NCBI GenBank assembly: GCA_037447435.1
Contig: JBBIGR010000012.1
Span: forward strand, 32,001 to 96,000
Length of the DNA stretch: 64,000 nucleotides
Origin: Fibrobacteria bacterium
Lineage (GTDB): Bacteria > Fibrobacterota > Chitinivibrionia > Chitinivibrionales > FEN-1185
Direction of reading: 5' to 3'
Numbering within the stretch: the first letter of the stretch is position 1; each line of letters starts with the position of its first letter. The translations under genes were made by a program, and so were the position numbers. The notes beneath the pieces were generated by a model. It was not told the origin of the DNA. It ran no database searches and was given only the letters and a program-made list of their open reading frames with translations. Below, one piece after another: positions 34,177 through 43,255 of the stretch.

Positions 34177-36534
34177 TCACGGATTTCTGCTGATTAGGTC
34201 CTTCATTGGATCAATGTACTTGTCCAATATGTTTTTTAATTCCCCTCCATCAAGAAACAAAGCGAATCTTTGTTCTTCCATGTGTGCATAATGCATGCCT
34301 GGATCTTTCTCATTGTTAAGATTCTCAAGGCATTTCCTAATATCAAACACCAGCGCTTCCGATGTTTTAGCATCTTTTCGAATATCGTTCCTTGAATGTA
34401 TTTTTTCTTCTATTTCGTTTGCAACCTCTTTCATTTCTTTGTATTCATTCAATCCAAGAACTCCCGCCTTGATTCTTACCCTAATATCATCTCCCTCGGT
34501 CAATTTTTCCATCATCATTTTATGCAAATCTTCCCGTGGAATGACCGGAGGATTATATTCAGCTTTTGGATCGGGCCATTGCCATTTGCCAAGATCGTGA
34601 GAACCTATAAGCTCGTGTTCATAGGATTGATTTGCTTTTTCATCCAATTCCTTGGGAGCATTATGTAAATCTTCCTCTGGTGAATGTTCGTCAACACCCT
34701 CTTTTTTTGCAGTTCCTGCGGAAATTTTTAATTTCCCCGTGATACCAGACCATTTTAGCGCGCATCCAATCGACCAACCTTCTTCGTGAGTAAATTTCAA
34801 AGCACCATCTTCAAGCTTAAAACCGGTTTCCACCGTGCCTTCTAATTTAACAAAACATCCTGCTTGCGCGCGTGCACCTAAAGACCCTATTATTTCGGCA
34901 CTAAAAGGAAAACTAAAGCCGGATTCGCCATCCGGAGAAATTTTGCTAAATTTCGCAGAAAGGGTAACTCCGCCGGTTAAGGATCCGAAAATCTGTATTT
35001 TATAAGCAAAACCACTAACACCTATTCCTAACTCCATTTTTAAATCAATAAGCTTAAAATCAAAATTACCGCCAACGTAATAATAAGCACGATGGTCTTT
35101 ATATTCCTTCCACCCCCATTCTACAACAAAAGTCCCTTGGAATAGCTGATTTTCCCATTCAAAATACCAGCCAACCTTTGGAACATTTTTCTGGATGAGT
35201 GGAAGAATGTCACTTATTTGTTTCCCTAATTTGACAACCGCCCCGACTGATTCCATAAATTTTAAATTTACTTGTGCACCATTCCGAACAAATATGATTG
35301 GCATTTCCGATGTCAAAGGTTTAGGCCATTTATTTAAATGCCAACCTTCTTTTTCTTTTTTATATTCCCAGGAAGATGCAGTTGTCGGTCTTTTATTTTT
35401 TACTTCATTGACAAATTGCGATGCTTCGGATTCAACTTTTGTGCCACCCGACCATTTTCTCATTGCTGGAAACTGAATTTGCAATTTGTACAAATCGGGC
35501 CTGTAGCATTTTACGGAAAAAGTTTTAGGCAAGCCTGAGATTGGATATTCCTTTGGTTTTGCCAGACCTTTCCAAAATTCAGGATTCCATATTGATGGCC
35601 CCCATTTAAAATCCTGATCGCACTTTAGTAAAAAGGCATGCATTCCGAATTCGTCTTCTTTTTTCTCCAAACTTGTGCCATTTGAAGAAAGCGACGTTGC
35701 GGTACGGGATAGTATCATTACCTCGTCTTTATAAGCGTCTTTTCCAATACTGTCCGGTACGACCTCAAAAACATTCGTGCTCTTTACAGCTCTTCTCTTC
35801 CCTTCGTATTTATGGGAACAATATGCATACATTTCAATCATTCGAAAAACATGGACGTTGTTTCCAAAAGCAAGGATAGACCGCTCTTTCGGAACGCTAT
35901 CGAAAGCTCCAACTGTTTCTTCCGCCGGAGTAACGCGCGGCGAATTGGGAAACAAAATCCGATGAATACGGGCAGGAATTTTCTTAGCAGTAGCCTTTCC
36001 AGAAGAATCGGTTGTAATCTCGGTGTTTACTCCGTTGGAAAGTTTCAGCGAAATTTTTTCACTTGCAATTGCTGTCCCGTCTTCCTTTTCAACTTTTATA
36101 GACAGGTCAGTATAAAAAGGAATTGCCGTCGAAGTTTTCTTTGCCTTATTAGCTTGTGCCACAAAATAGAGCGACGAATCGGAATACTTAAGAGGATTAT
36201 TTTTTGGGATAATACTTCCTGGATATTTCCAAGGAACTTTTGCTTTGTTACCGCTTATTTTATTGCTCAAAAATCCGAGGCTTGTATCCGGACTGTCGGT
36301 TTCTTTCTGATAAAAATAAAAAAATATTTCCACACCATCTTTTAAACCCTTGGATTCAACAGACGCTTCAACATCTTCACCGACCTTTAGTTCCGGTTTC
36401 GACCATTTTGCGTTAGTTAAGGTACCTACCTGGATAGTATGGGTTCCCTGCACAACGCTTGTCTGCTTTAGGTTGCTGCTCGCAGTTCGGCTCGCTTTGG
36501 TATTTGTCGGTGTTATATGAGTATAGTTCATCAT
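34177..36534 (-). CDS. Large PAAR-linked candidate effector: Ig/TTR-like scaffold plus Gly/aromatic beta-rich C-terminal region
   Basis: Starts in a TAATG overlap with the PAAR stop; LTNAKWSK...KVPWKY and DLSIKVEKEDG...TDSSG modules resemble those of ORF 29637-31640. Confidence 0.7.
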   Translation of the reverse strand: MMNYTHITPTNTKASRTASSNLKQTSVVQGTHTIQVGTLTNAKWSKPELKVGEDVEASVESKGLKDGVEIFFYFYQKETDSPDTSLGFLSNKISGNKAKVPWKYPGSIIPKNNPLKYSDSSLYFVAQANKAKKTSTAIPFYTDLSIKVEKEDGTAIASEKISLKLSNGVNTEITTDSSGKATAKKIPARIHRILFPNSPRVTPAEETVGAFDSVPKERSILAFGNNVHVFRMIEMYAYCSHKYEGKRRAVKSTNVFEVVPDSIGKDAYKDEVMILSRTATSLSSNGTSLEKKEDEFGMHAFLLKCDQDFKWGPSIWNPEFWKGLAKPKEYPISGLPKTFSVKCYRPDLYKLQIQFPAMRKWSGGTKVESEASQFVNEVKNKRPTTASSWEYKKEKEGWHLNKWPKPLTSEMPIIFVRNGAQVNLKFMESVGAVVKLGKQISDILPLIQKNVPKVGWYFEWENQLFQGTFVVEWGWKEYKDHRAYYYVGGNFDFKLIDLKMELGIGVSGFAYKIQIFGSLTGGVTLSAKFSKISPDGESGFSFPFSAEIIGSLGARAQAGCFVKLEGTVETGFKLEDGALKFTHEEGWSIGCALKWSGITGKLKISAGTAKKEGVDEHSPEEDLHNAPKELDEKANQSYEHELIGSHDLGKWQWPDPKAEYNPPVIPREDLHKMMMEKLTEGDDIRVRIKAGVLGLNEYKEMKEVANEIEEKIHSRNDIRKDAKTSEALVFDIRKCLENLNNEKDPGMHYAHMEEQRFALFLDGGELKNILDKYIDPMKDLISRNP

Positions 36535-37025
36535 TATCCGCCCAAAGGAGTATTACTTTTATCAAGAAACGTCACATCCAAATAATGGTCTTCCGGCTCA
36601 TTGGTTTGCGGTTCCTGGCCTGCGATTGATGCCGACGTCAAGGCCCCGGCCGTTCCTGTTCCGCCGCTGCCTCCTCCTCCGCCACCACCGCCGCCGCCCC
36701 CTCCACCACCTCCACCTGCTTCACCGATAAGGACGGTCATGCATCCCATGATGATTGAACTGGGCGGACCGACGCAAACTGCCATATCGCCCATACGCGC
36801 GGCCGGTTTGCCGCCGATAAGAACGCCCGTGCTTCCGAGTGTAATTGGACCGCCGACATGCGGTATCGGAGGAGTCCCGGGAGTGACCATAGGGCAAACA
36901 TGCATATCTCCCATACACGCGGCAGGCATGCCGCCGATTAGGACCGTAGGGCATCCGGGGCCGGTTATCACGCCGCCGTGTGCTGTTGAATCTCCGAGTC
37001 TTGCCGCAGGTTTTCCCATACTCAT
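36534..37025 (-). CDS. PAAR-domain spike-tip protein with Gly16 linker and truncated C-terminal extension
   Basis: KPAARLGD, MPAACMGD, KPAARMGD; H/C zinc ligands (AHGG, HVCP, PHVGG, VCVG). Confidence 0.93.
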   Translation of the reverse strand: MSMGKPAARLGDSTAHGGVITGPGCPTVLIGGMPAACMGDMHVCPMVTPGTPPIPHVGGPITLGSTGVLIGGKPAARMGDMAVCVGPPSSIIMGCMTVLIGEAGGGGGGGGGGGGGGGGSGGTGTAGALTSASIAGQEPQTNEPEDHYLDVTFLDKSNTPLGG

Positions 37026-37142
37026 TTACTCGATACTAAAGTTTTATTTAGGCCCTATAAATTAACCCCGCGTTTCATTGCGGGATAAGTTGCAGCTGTG
37101 ATTTTATCTACGCTTTCCACGTAGCTATTTTATATAGACTCT

Positions 37143-37186
37143 AATATACATTTCCCATTTTAAAAGACAATGTGACCGCCGTCACA
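37143..37186 (-). promoter_or_regulatory. CRP/FNR-type box plus candidate -10 upstream of the PAAR operon
   Basis: AA-TGTGA-CCGCCG-TCACA-TT (core 37171-37186); minus-strand TATATT at 37148-37143, box centre about -42.5. Confidence 0.65.
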
Positions 37187-37213
37187 TTCTTGCTTTTTTT
37201 TTTTAAAATCGGC

Positions 37214-37245
37214 AAAAAAAAAGAGGCGCAATAAGCGCCTCTTTT
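37214..37245 (-). terminator. Terminator after the Thr-rich repeat gene, insulating the PAAR promoter
   Basis: A9-GAGGCGC-AATAA-GCGCCTC-TTTT. Confidence 0.85.
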
Positions 37246-37265
37246 CCTTCGGATGAAAATAAAGG

Positions 37266-39125
37266 CTAAGGAAGGACGATATTTTTCTGATAAACTGAAT
37301 TTCCCGAATTTACCCGAACAACATATGTGTTTCCATGACTAACCACGGCTTTGGGCAATATTATACGATTGGTTTGTTCCGTAAAACTTGTTTTGTATAG
37401 AAGTTTACCATTTAAACCAAACAATTTTATTTCTCCGGAATTCACCTTGTTCTTTAAAACTATTTCCCCAAAGGTTGAAACGAAAAGTCCCATTGATCCC
37501 GCCGTAACCTTTCTGACCACTATTACCGCATTCGTTGCTTTGGTCAATTTGAAATTGGTAGTATCCGTTACTGCTGTTTTGACGGAATCCGTAACGCTTT
37601 TTGTCGTATACAGCGAATCTGAAGCTCTTACCGTATACACGCCGATCGGGATACTGTCAAGGCTGTACTTCCCGTCCACATCGGTCGTACCGGTTTTAAT
37701 TACCGTTCCACCTTGCCGTACGGTTACTGTCGCACCCTTCAACGCAGTGCCCGACGCACTATCGGTAATGGTGCCTAATACTGTACCAAACAGCGTTTTA
37801 ATCAATGCAAAATCAACTGTTACCGTAGCCGTGGAGGTAACATTGGCAGTGGCAGTTTTTCCGTTATATACTTTCGAGGTCACACTTACCGAATATGAAC
37901 CTACCGCAACACTGTCAAATGAATATTTTCCGTCGGCTTTTGTCGTGTCAATTCTTACGGGTGAATTATAGTTTGCCCGAATCGTCACAATCGCGTTTGC
38001 AACAAAAGTTCCGGTTGTAACACTGTCTGAAATAGTACCAGAAACGGTACCATACACAATTTTCAACAATTTGACATTGGCAGTGTCTGTTCCGCTTGAA
38101 GCAACAGTCGTATTGACCGTCCTGCCATTATAATAAGACGCTGAAACTCCCAATGAATAAGTCCCAACCGCAAGGCTATCGAAGGAAAATACGCCGTCGG
38201 ATTTTGTAGTGTCGCGCCGTCCACTCGTCGTAACAATCGCACCAGTTATCGGCGTTCCATTCACACTGTCGGCAATTATTCCATAAATGGAACCATACGA
38301 AATCTTTACCAATGCGACATTGACAGAAACCGCAGCCCCATTAACGGTGGTTGATGCGCTGGTACGTGAGTTATATCCGGTTGCAGTGGCACGTACCGTA
38401 TACGATCCCGTGGCAACGCTGTCGAAACTGTATTTCCCATCGGCTTTCGTTGTGTCAACTTTCAATGTGCCATTTGTCGTTCGCAACGATACAACTGCGT
38501 TTGCCAATGGCGAACCAGTAGCACTGTCGCTGATAGTTCCGGAAACCGTTGCATAAGCAATCTTTGCCAACGCAATGTTCGCTTTAACCGTATCCGTTCC
38601 GCTTACGGCAACCGTCGCATTCTTTCCGACATATGATGCCGCTGACGCTGCGACGGTATAAGATCCGGACGCCATTTTTTCAAATGTATACTTTCCATCC
38701 GCCTTTGTCGTGTCGCGACGGTTTCCGCTCGTCGTTACGATCGCGCCGGTTATCGGCGTTCCGCTCGCACTGTCGGTAATGACGCCGGACACCGTTGCGG
38801 TATCGATTTTTACAATAGCGAAATTAAGGGTCATCGTCGCTTGTGCGGTGTCAATTGTTATCGTCGTGCTTTTAGTGGTATATCCGGAAACCGTGGCACG
38901 CGCGGTGAAACTACCCGGAGTCTTTGTTTCCGGCAGAGAATATGCCCCCGCTGCATCGGTCGTATCGCGAATCGTCGTTAAGCCCTGACCGCTGACCGAG
39001 ATTATTACATTTGTCAATTTTGATCCGGAAACCGAATCGGTAACCGTCCCCGAAATGACCGTCGCATTTGCCGCATAACAGAAAAAAGAAAGGAATAAAA
39101 TACCGCGAACCGCAAAACGAGACAT
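37266..39125 (-). CDS. Secreted protein with six carboxypeptidase-regulatory-like (prealbumin-fold) repeats and T9SS-like CTD
   Basis: Repeats SGTI.DS..G.P...A.V...DTTKADGKYSFD...GSY.V.A...Y; signal peptide from ATG 39125 (AAGGAGG). Confidence 0.8.
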   Translation of the reverse strand: MSRFAVRGILFLSFFCYAANATVISGTVTDSVSGSKLTNVIISVSGQGLTTIRDTTDAAGAYSLPETKTPGSFTARATVSGYTTKSTTITIDTAQATMTLNFAIVKIDTATVSGVITDSASGTPITGAIVTTSGNRRDTTKADGKYTFEKMASGSYTVAASAASYVGKNATVAVSGTDTVKANIALAKIAYATVSGTISDSATGSPLANAVVSLRTTNGTLKVDTTKADGKYSFDSVATGSYTVRATATGYNSRTSASTTVNGAAVSVNVALVKISYGSIYGIIADSVNGTPITGAIVTTSGRRDTTKSDGVFSFDSLAVGTYSLGVSASYYNGRTVNTTVASSGTDTANVKLLKIVYGTVSGTISDSVTTGTFVANAIVTIRANYNSPVRIDTTKADGKYSFDSVAVGSYSVSVTSKVYNGKTATANVTSTATVTVDFALIKTLFGTVLGTITDSASGTALKGATVTVRQGGTVIKTGTTDVDGKYSLDSIPIGVYTVRASDSLYTTKSVTDSVKTAVTDTTNFKLTKATNAVIVVRKVTAGSMGLFVSTFGEIVLKNKVNSGEIKLFGLNGKLLYKTSFTEQTNRIILPKAVVSHGNTYVVRVNSGNSVYQKNIVLP

Positions 39126-39394
39126 GCAAACCTCCTTGGGGGGGAAAGTCAATTAGGATACAATGGTGATGGAATAGTTGAATAAGATAAGGAGGAATTC
39201 AATTTTTAGCAGAAAGAACTACTTTGCAAGCAAAATTAGTGTAGAACATTTTCTTATTTTGTACTACACGAAAATTAGATTTACCCAACTCGCAACTTTT
39301 GCAATCTCTTTTTAAAAATCGTTTTCATAGGGAAAAAGCTATTTACTATATCAAATCGAGTACGTTGTTTGCGAAATCTTAAAATACCCAAAAA

Positions 39395-40168
39395 TCAGCC
39401 CACTATTTTCTTGCTCTCTTCCCAGTATTTGTCCATTTCTTCCAGAGAAGCGTTGTGAATGTCCTGGCCCAATTCCGTATATTTATCTTCAATATAGCGG
39501 AATCTCCGGGCGAATTTATTGACCGTTACCCGCAAAGCGTCCTCGGCGGAAATATGATTATGCCTACCGACATTGACCAATGCAAACAATATGTCGCCGA
39601 GTTCTTCTTCGGCGTTTTTATGGTCGCCTTGTAGAATGGCCTCTCTGAATTCCGCGAATTCCTCTTCCACTTTGTCCAAAACCGGCGTCATATCTTTCCA
39701 ATCGAACCCGACCTTGGCAACCCTGCGTTGAATTTTTTCCGCTTTAAAAAGTGCGGGCAAAGCGTCGGGAATATCGTCGACAAGATATTTACGATCTTCT
39801 TTTTCGGTTTTCTTGATTCGTTCCCAATTATGAAGCACTTCCCGGGACGAATCGACCTTGACTTCTCCGAAAACGTGCGGGTGCCTGCGGACAAGTTTGT
39901 CGGCTATGTCTTTTGCGACATCCTCGAGGTTGAACCGGTTTTCATCCTTTGCTATTTGCGAATGCAACACGATTTGCAGTAACAAATCGCCCAATTCCTC
40001 CTGCATTTTATGATTGTTATTCTCGTCGACAGCCTCAAAAAATTCATACGCTTCGTCGAGCATGCAGGACAGTATGCTTTTATTGGTTTGTTCCTTGTCC
40101 CAGGGGCAGCCGTCGGGCGCGCGCAACCGTGCAACGATTTCAACGAAGCGATCGAGTTCTTTTCCCAT
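39395..40168 (-). CDS. mazG: Nucleoside triphosphate pyrophosphohydrolase
   Basis: LRAPDGCPWDKEQT, EELGDLLLQ, KLVRRHPHVF, second EELGDILF domain. Confidence 0.95.
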   Translation of the reverse strand: MGKELDRFVEIVARLRAPDGCPWDKEQTNKSILSCMLDEAYEFFEAVDENNNHKMQEELGDLLLQIVLHSQIAKDENRFNLEDVAKDIADKLVRRHPHVFGEVKVDSSREVLHNWERIKKTEKEDRKYLVDDIPDALPALFKAEKIQRRVAKVGFDWKDMTPVLDKVEEEFAEFREAILQGDHKNAEEELGDILFALVNVGRHNHISAEDALRVTVNKFARRFRYIEDKYTELGQDIHNASLEEMDKYWEESKKIVG

Positions 40169-40231
40169 TTGTATTCATTTCACTTTGCTATTTAATTTTG
40201 TAGAGATGCAATGCAATTCGCATTAACTTTA

Positions 40232-40843
40232 TTAGTCCCACGTTCCTTTTCCTTCACGAATAAGCTCGGGCTCTTTCCCCGTTAAATCGACAATAGTGGA
40301 CCCTTGCGGATTGTTCAGCGGCCCGATATCGAGCATGATGTCAACATCGTGCAGTATGACCGAAGAAAAATTTTCCGGATCACCGCGCAAATCGCCGGCC
40401 ACGTTTATCGACGCGTTTGCCAAAGGTTCGCCCAAAAGCTTTACAAGCTCCAAACATACCGCGTTATCCGGAATACGAACACCAACAGTGCGCCTCTTCG
40501 GATTTATTTTTTTAGGGACGTAATTTGTGGCCGGTAAAATAAAAGTGTACGGACCCGGCAAATACCGCTTCATAAGTTTAAAATGCGCATTGTCGATTCG
40601 GACGTATTGGCTCATTTGAGAAAAATCGGAAAAAACGAAGGAAAACAAACGGTTTTTATCTTTTTCGATAATGGTACAAATCCTATCGAGCGCCTTGGGG
40701 TTCGTCGCACATGCCCCCATTCCGTAAACCGTATCGGTCGGATAAACGCAAATTCCGTTTTGCCGTTTTAAAACATCGACGGCCTTATCGAGAATCCTCA
40801 CCTGGGGATTGACGGGATGGACAGGATAATGTAGCATCGGCAT
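40232..40843 (-). CDS. Sua5/YciO/YrdC family protein (YciO-like)
   Basis: HPVNPQ.R, YPTDTVYG, LPGPYTFIL, TVGVRIP, STIVDLT. Confidence 0.88.
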   Translation of the reverse strand: MPMLHYPVHPVNPQVRILDKAVDVLKRQNGICVYPTDTVYGMGACATNPKALDRICTIIEKDKNRLFSFVFSDFSQMSQYVRIDNAHFKLMKRYLPGPYTFILPATNYVPKKINPKRRTVGVRIPDNAVCLELVKLLGEPLANASINVAGDLRGDPENFSSVILHDVDIMLDIGPLNNPQGSTIVDLTGKEPELIREGKGTWD

Positions 40844-40848
40844 GATGT

Positions 40849-41937
40849 TTATCCTAATACTTTGGTCATGGCCGTACAAACGGCCTCTTTAGGAATGTCC
40901 CGCGACAACATCGACGTTCCCGGAACATTCGGTACGATAAAATTCAATTTTCCGCCGATTGTTTTTTTATCGGTAAACATTCCGGTGTACAATGTTTCCG
41001 CGTCGGGTCGCGATACCGATTGCGGAAATTCCATTGGCGGACAATTTTTAAGAATATCATCATATTCCTTATGACATTCTTCAGGTATCGTGTTCAGTTG
41101 CATTCCAAGAATGCATGCGCATTTGATCCCAAAAATGACCGCTTCACCGTGAAGAATATGATCGTAGCGGTAGTATCGTTCCAATGTGTGGGCGAACGTA
41201 TGACCGAAATTGAGCGTTGCACGCAAGCCGCTTTCCTCGCGTTCGTCGGCTTCAACTACCCTGGCCTTTATTTCAACCGAGCGTCGTATGCCTTCGAGAA
41301 GGACATCCTTTTTCCCAGACAGCATCGCTTCGCCGGATTTATTTACAAAATCGAACATTTCCCTGCCGCCGATAAAAGCATATTTGAAAAGTTCGCCGTA
41401 TCCGGCAATAAATTCCCGTCGCGGAAGCGTATCGAGAAATTTCGTGTCCAAATAGACGAACGACGGTTGATGGAACGCACCGACGAGATTTTTTCCCAAT
41501 GCATGGTTGATGCCCGTTTTCCCGCCCACGCTTGAATCGACCATTGCAAGCAATGTCGTGGGGATCTGGACAAAAGAAATACCTCGCAACACTGCAGAGG
41601 CTGCAAAACCGACGATGTCGCCGACGACGCCGCCGCCCAAGGCGCACACGACCGATTTTCTGTCCATGCCATTGCAAATGAGGAAATCGACAACGGTTTC
41701 CCAAGTGCCCATCGTTTTGAATTGTTCGCCGTCTTCGATGACGCATTGGAAGAAGCCCAATTCCTTTTGCCAGGCGGCAATCGTACCCTTGTATAAATCG
41801 GCGATGGTCGTATTTGTCACTAATGCCATCTTGGCATTGCCGAACCGTTGTTTCACTATTTCCGGAAACGACGACAAGGCATCATGAACAAGATAAATGG
41901 GATACGAACGTTCGGCTAAATTGACTTTTATTTCCAT
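40849..41937 (-). CDS. aroB: 3-dehydroquinate synthase
   Basis: ALGGGVVGD, PTTLLAMVDSSVGGKTG, GKNLVGAFHQP, LNFGHT, HGEAV. Confidence 0.96.
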   Translation of the reverse strand: MEIKVNLAERSYPIYLVHDALSSFPEIVKQRFGNAKMALVTNTTIADLYKGTIAAWQKELGFFQCVIEDGEQFKTMGTWETVVDFLICNGMDRKSVVCALGGGVVGDIVGFAASAVLRGISFVQIPTTLLAMVDSSVGGKTGINHALGKNLVGAFHQPSFVYLDTKFLDTLPRREFIAGYGELFKYAFIGGREMFDFVNKSGEAMLSGKKDVLLEGIRRSVEIKARVVEADEREESGLRATLNFGHTFAHTLERYYRYDHILHGEAVIFGIKCACILGMQLNTIPEECHKEYDDILKNCPPMEFPQSVSRPDAETLYTGMFTDKKTIGGKLNFIVPNVPGTSMLSRDIPKEAVCTAMTKVLG

Positions 41938-41976
41938 AATTGAAACGGATTCTCTCGGTTCGAAATGTTTTTTATT

Positions 41977-43254
41977 TTAATCGACGACTTCGATATTCGC
42001 TCCGCATTTTTTAAAATCTTCCATGAATGTCGGGTAGGTAACCGCGGCAGCTTCCGCGGTATCTATTATTGTTTCCCCTTCCGCAACCATTCCGGCCAAC
42101 GCAAGAGCCATGACCACCCGATGATCACCATGACCGTTGACCGGAGCACCAACGAGCGCGCTTTTACTAATAATAAGCCCGTCTGGCTGTTCGACAACTT
42201 TTGCTCCTAATTTGGACAATTCCTCGGTCATGACCGAAATGCGATCTGTTTCCTTGATCCTTGCCTGGGCCACATTGACAATATGCGTTTCACCGTCAGC
42301 GACGCATGCCAAAACTGACAGCGCCGGCAAACTGTCGGGCATGGCGTTCAAATCCATAACTTGCCCGTCGATTCTGCCCGTTCCGTTGACAATTGTTTCG
42401 GGCGAACCTTTTTGAACTGAGGCACCCATTGCGGTAACGATATCGAAAACGCCTTTATCTCCCTGGGAATCGCTAAAATCAAGACCTTGCAGCGCAAGGG
42501 TCGATCCGGTGAGCGGCGCCGCGACTGCGGCAAAGGTTGCCGATGAAAAATCGCCCGGAACCGTATAATCGATCGCTTTATAAGTTTGATTGCCGAATAC
42601 GATAAACCGCGTCATGTCGTCGGATTTTTTGTACCGGATGCCAAGCATATCGAGCCAACGCAAGGTCATTTCTACATATGGTCTTTCCTGTAAATGAACA
42701 ACTTCGATTTCGGTATCTTTTGGCGCGCATGGGCAAGCGAACAACAAACTGGACAAAAACTGGGACGACACACCCTCGACGGTAGTCCTGCCCCCGGAAA
42801 TCGGACCCGCAATAATAAACGGCAAATCGCTTTTGGGGTTTTCGAAAGAATATCCGGCGCCGAGATTTTTTAGTGCGACAAGCAAGGGCTTAAACGGCCT
42901 GGTGCGCAACGATGCATCTCCGTCGAAATGACGGGGGCGTGAACCTAATGCCGCAACGGAGGTGAACAGGTTCGTGCTTGTGCCGGAATTCTCCATGGGA
43001 AAATGGTCTGACCCGGCGTTATAATTTCCTGCGATACCCCGGACTGTCACTTTATTGCCAATTATTTCAACACCGGCGCCCATACTTTTAGCTCCGGCAA
43101 TAGCCGAGGCCCCATCACCCGTTGTGAGCACGTTATGCAATTGGGAGGTCCCTTGCGCTAGGGTTGCTGCCAATAGCGCCCGTATGGTATGCGATTTTGA
43201 CGGAGGAATCGGAATGCTTCCCGAAAGTTTTGATGCACGAATCTTCCACTTCAT
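41977..43254 (-). CDS. aroA: EPSP synthase
   Basis: PPSKSHTIR, NSGT, SSQFLS, RIKETDRI, DHRVVM, VTYPTF. Confidence 0.95.
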   Translation of the reverse strand: MKWKIRASKLSGSIPIPPSKSHTIRALLAATLAQGTSQLHNVLTTGDGASAIAGAKSMGAGVEIIGNKVTVRGIAGNYNAGSDHFPMENSGTSTNLFTSVAALGSRPRHFDGDASLRTRPFKPLLVALKNLGAGYSFENPKSDLPFIIAGPISGGRTTVEGVSSQFLSSLLFACPCAPKDTEIEVVHLQERPYVEMTLRWLDMLGIRYKKSDDMTRFIVFGNQTYKAIDYTVPGDFSSATFAAVAAPLTGSTLALQGLDFSDSQGDKGVFDIVTAMGASVQKGSPETIVNGTGRIDGQVMDLNAMPDSLPALSVLACVADGETHIVNVAQARIKETDRISVMTEELSKLGAKVVEQPDGLIISKSALVGAPVNGHGDHRVVMALALAGMVAEGETIIDTAEAAAVTYPTFMEDFKKCGANIEVVD

Positions 43255-43255
43255 T

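Noticed and set aside
36601..37065. Poly-proline ORF on the plus strand
   Set aside because: Simply the reverse complement of the PAAR Gly16 linker
37500..39060. DNA-level repeats as a possible CRISPR or tandem array
   Set aside because: Degenerate in-frame protein domain repeats; no constant repeat-spacer structure seen anywhere in the window
9000..39200. Accessory region as a prophage or integrative element
   Set aside because: No integrase, transposase, capsid or terminase genes, tRNA target or flanking direct repeats found
40849..41937. aroB as a glycerol-1-phosphate dehydrogenase partner for GGGPS
   Set aside because: Clear DHQ-synthase motifs (GGKTG, KNLVGAFHQP) and located with aroA and aroE
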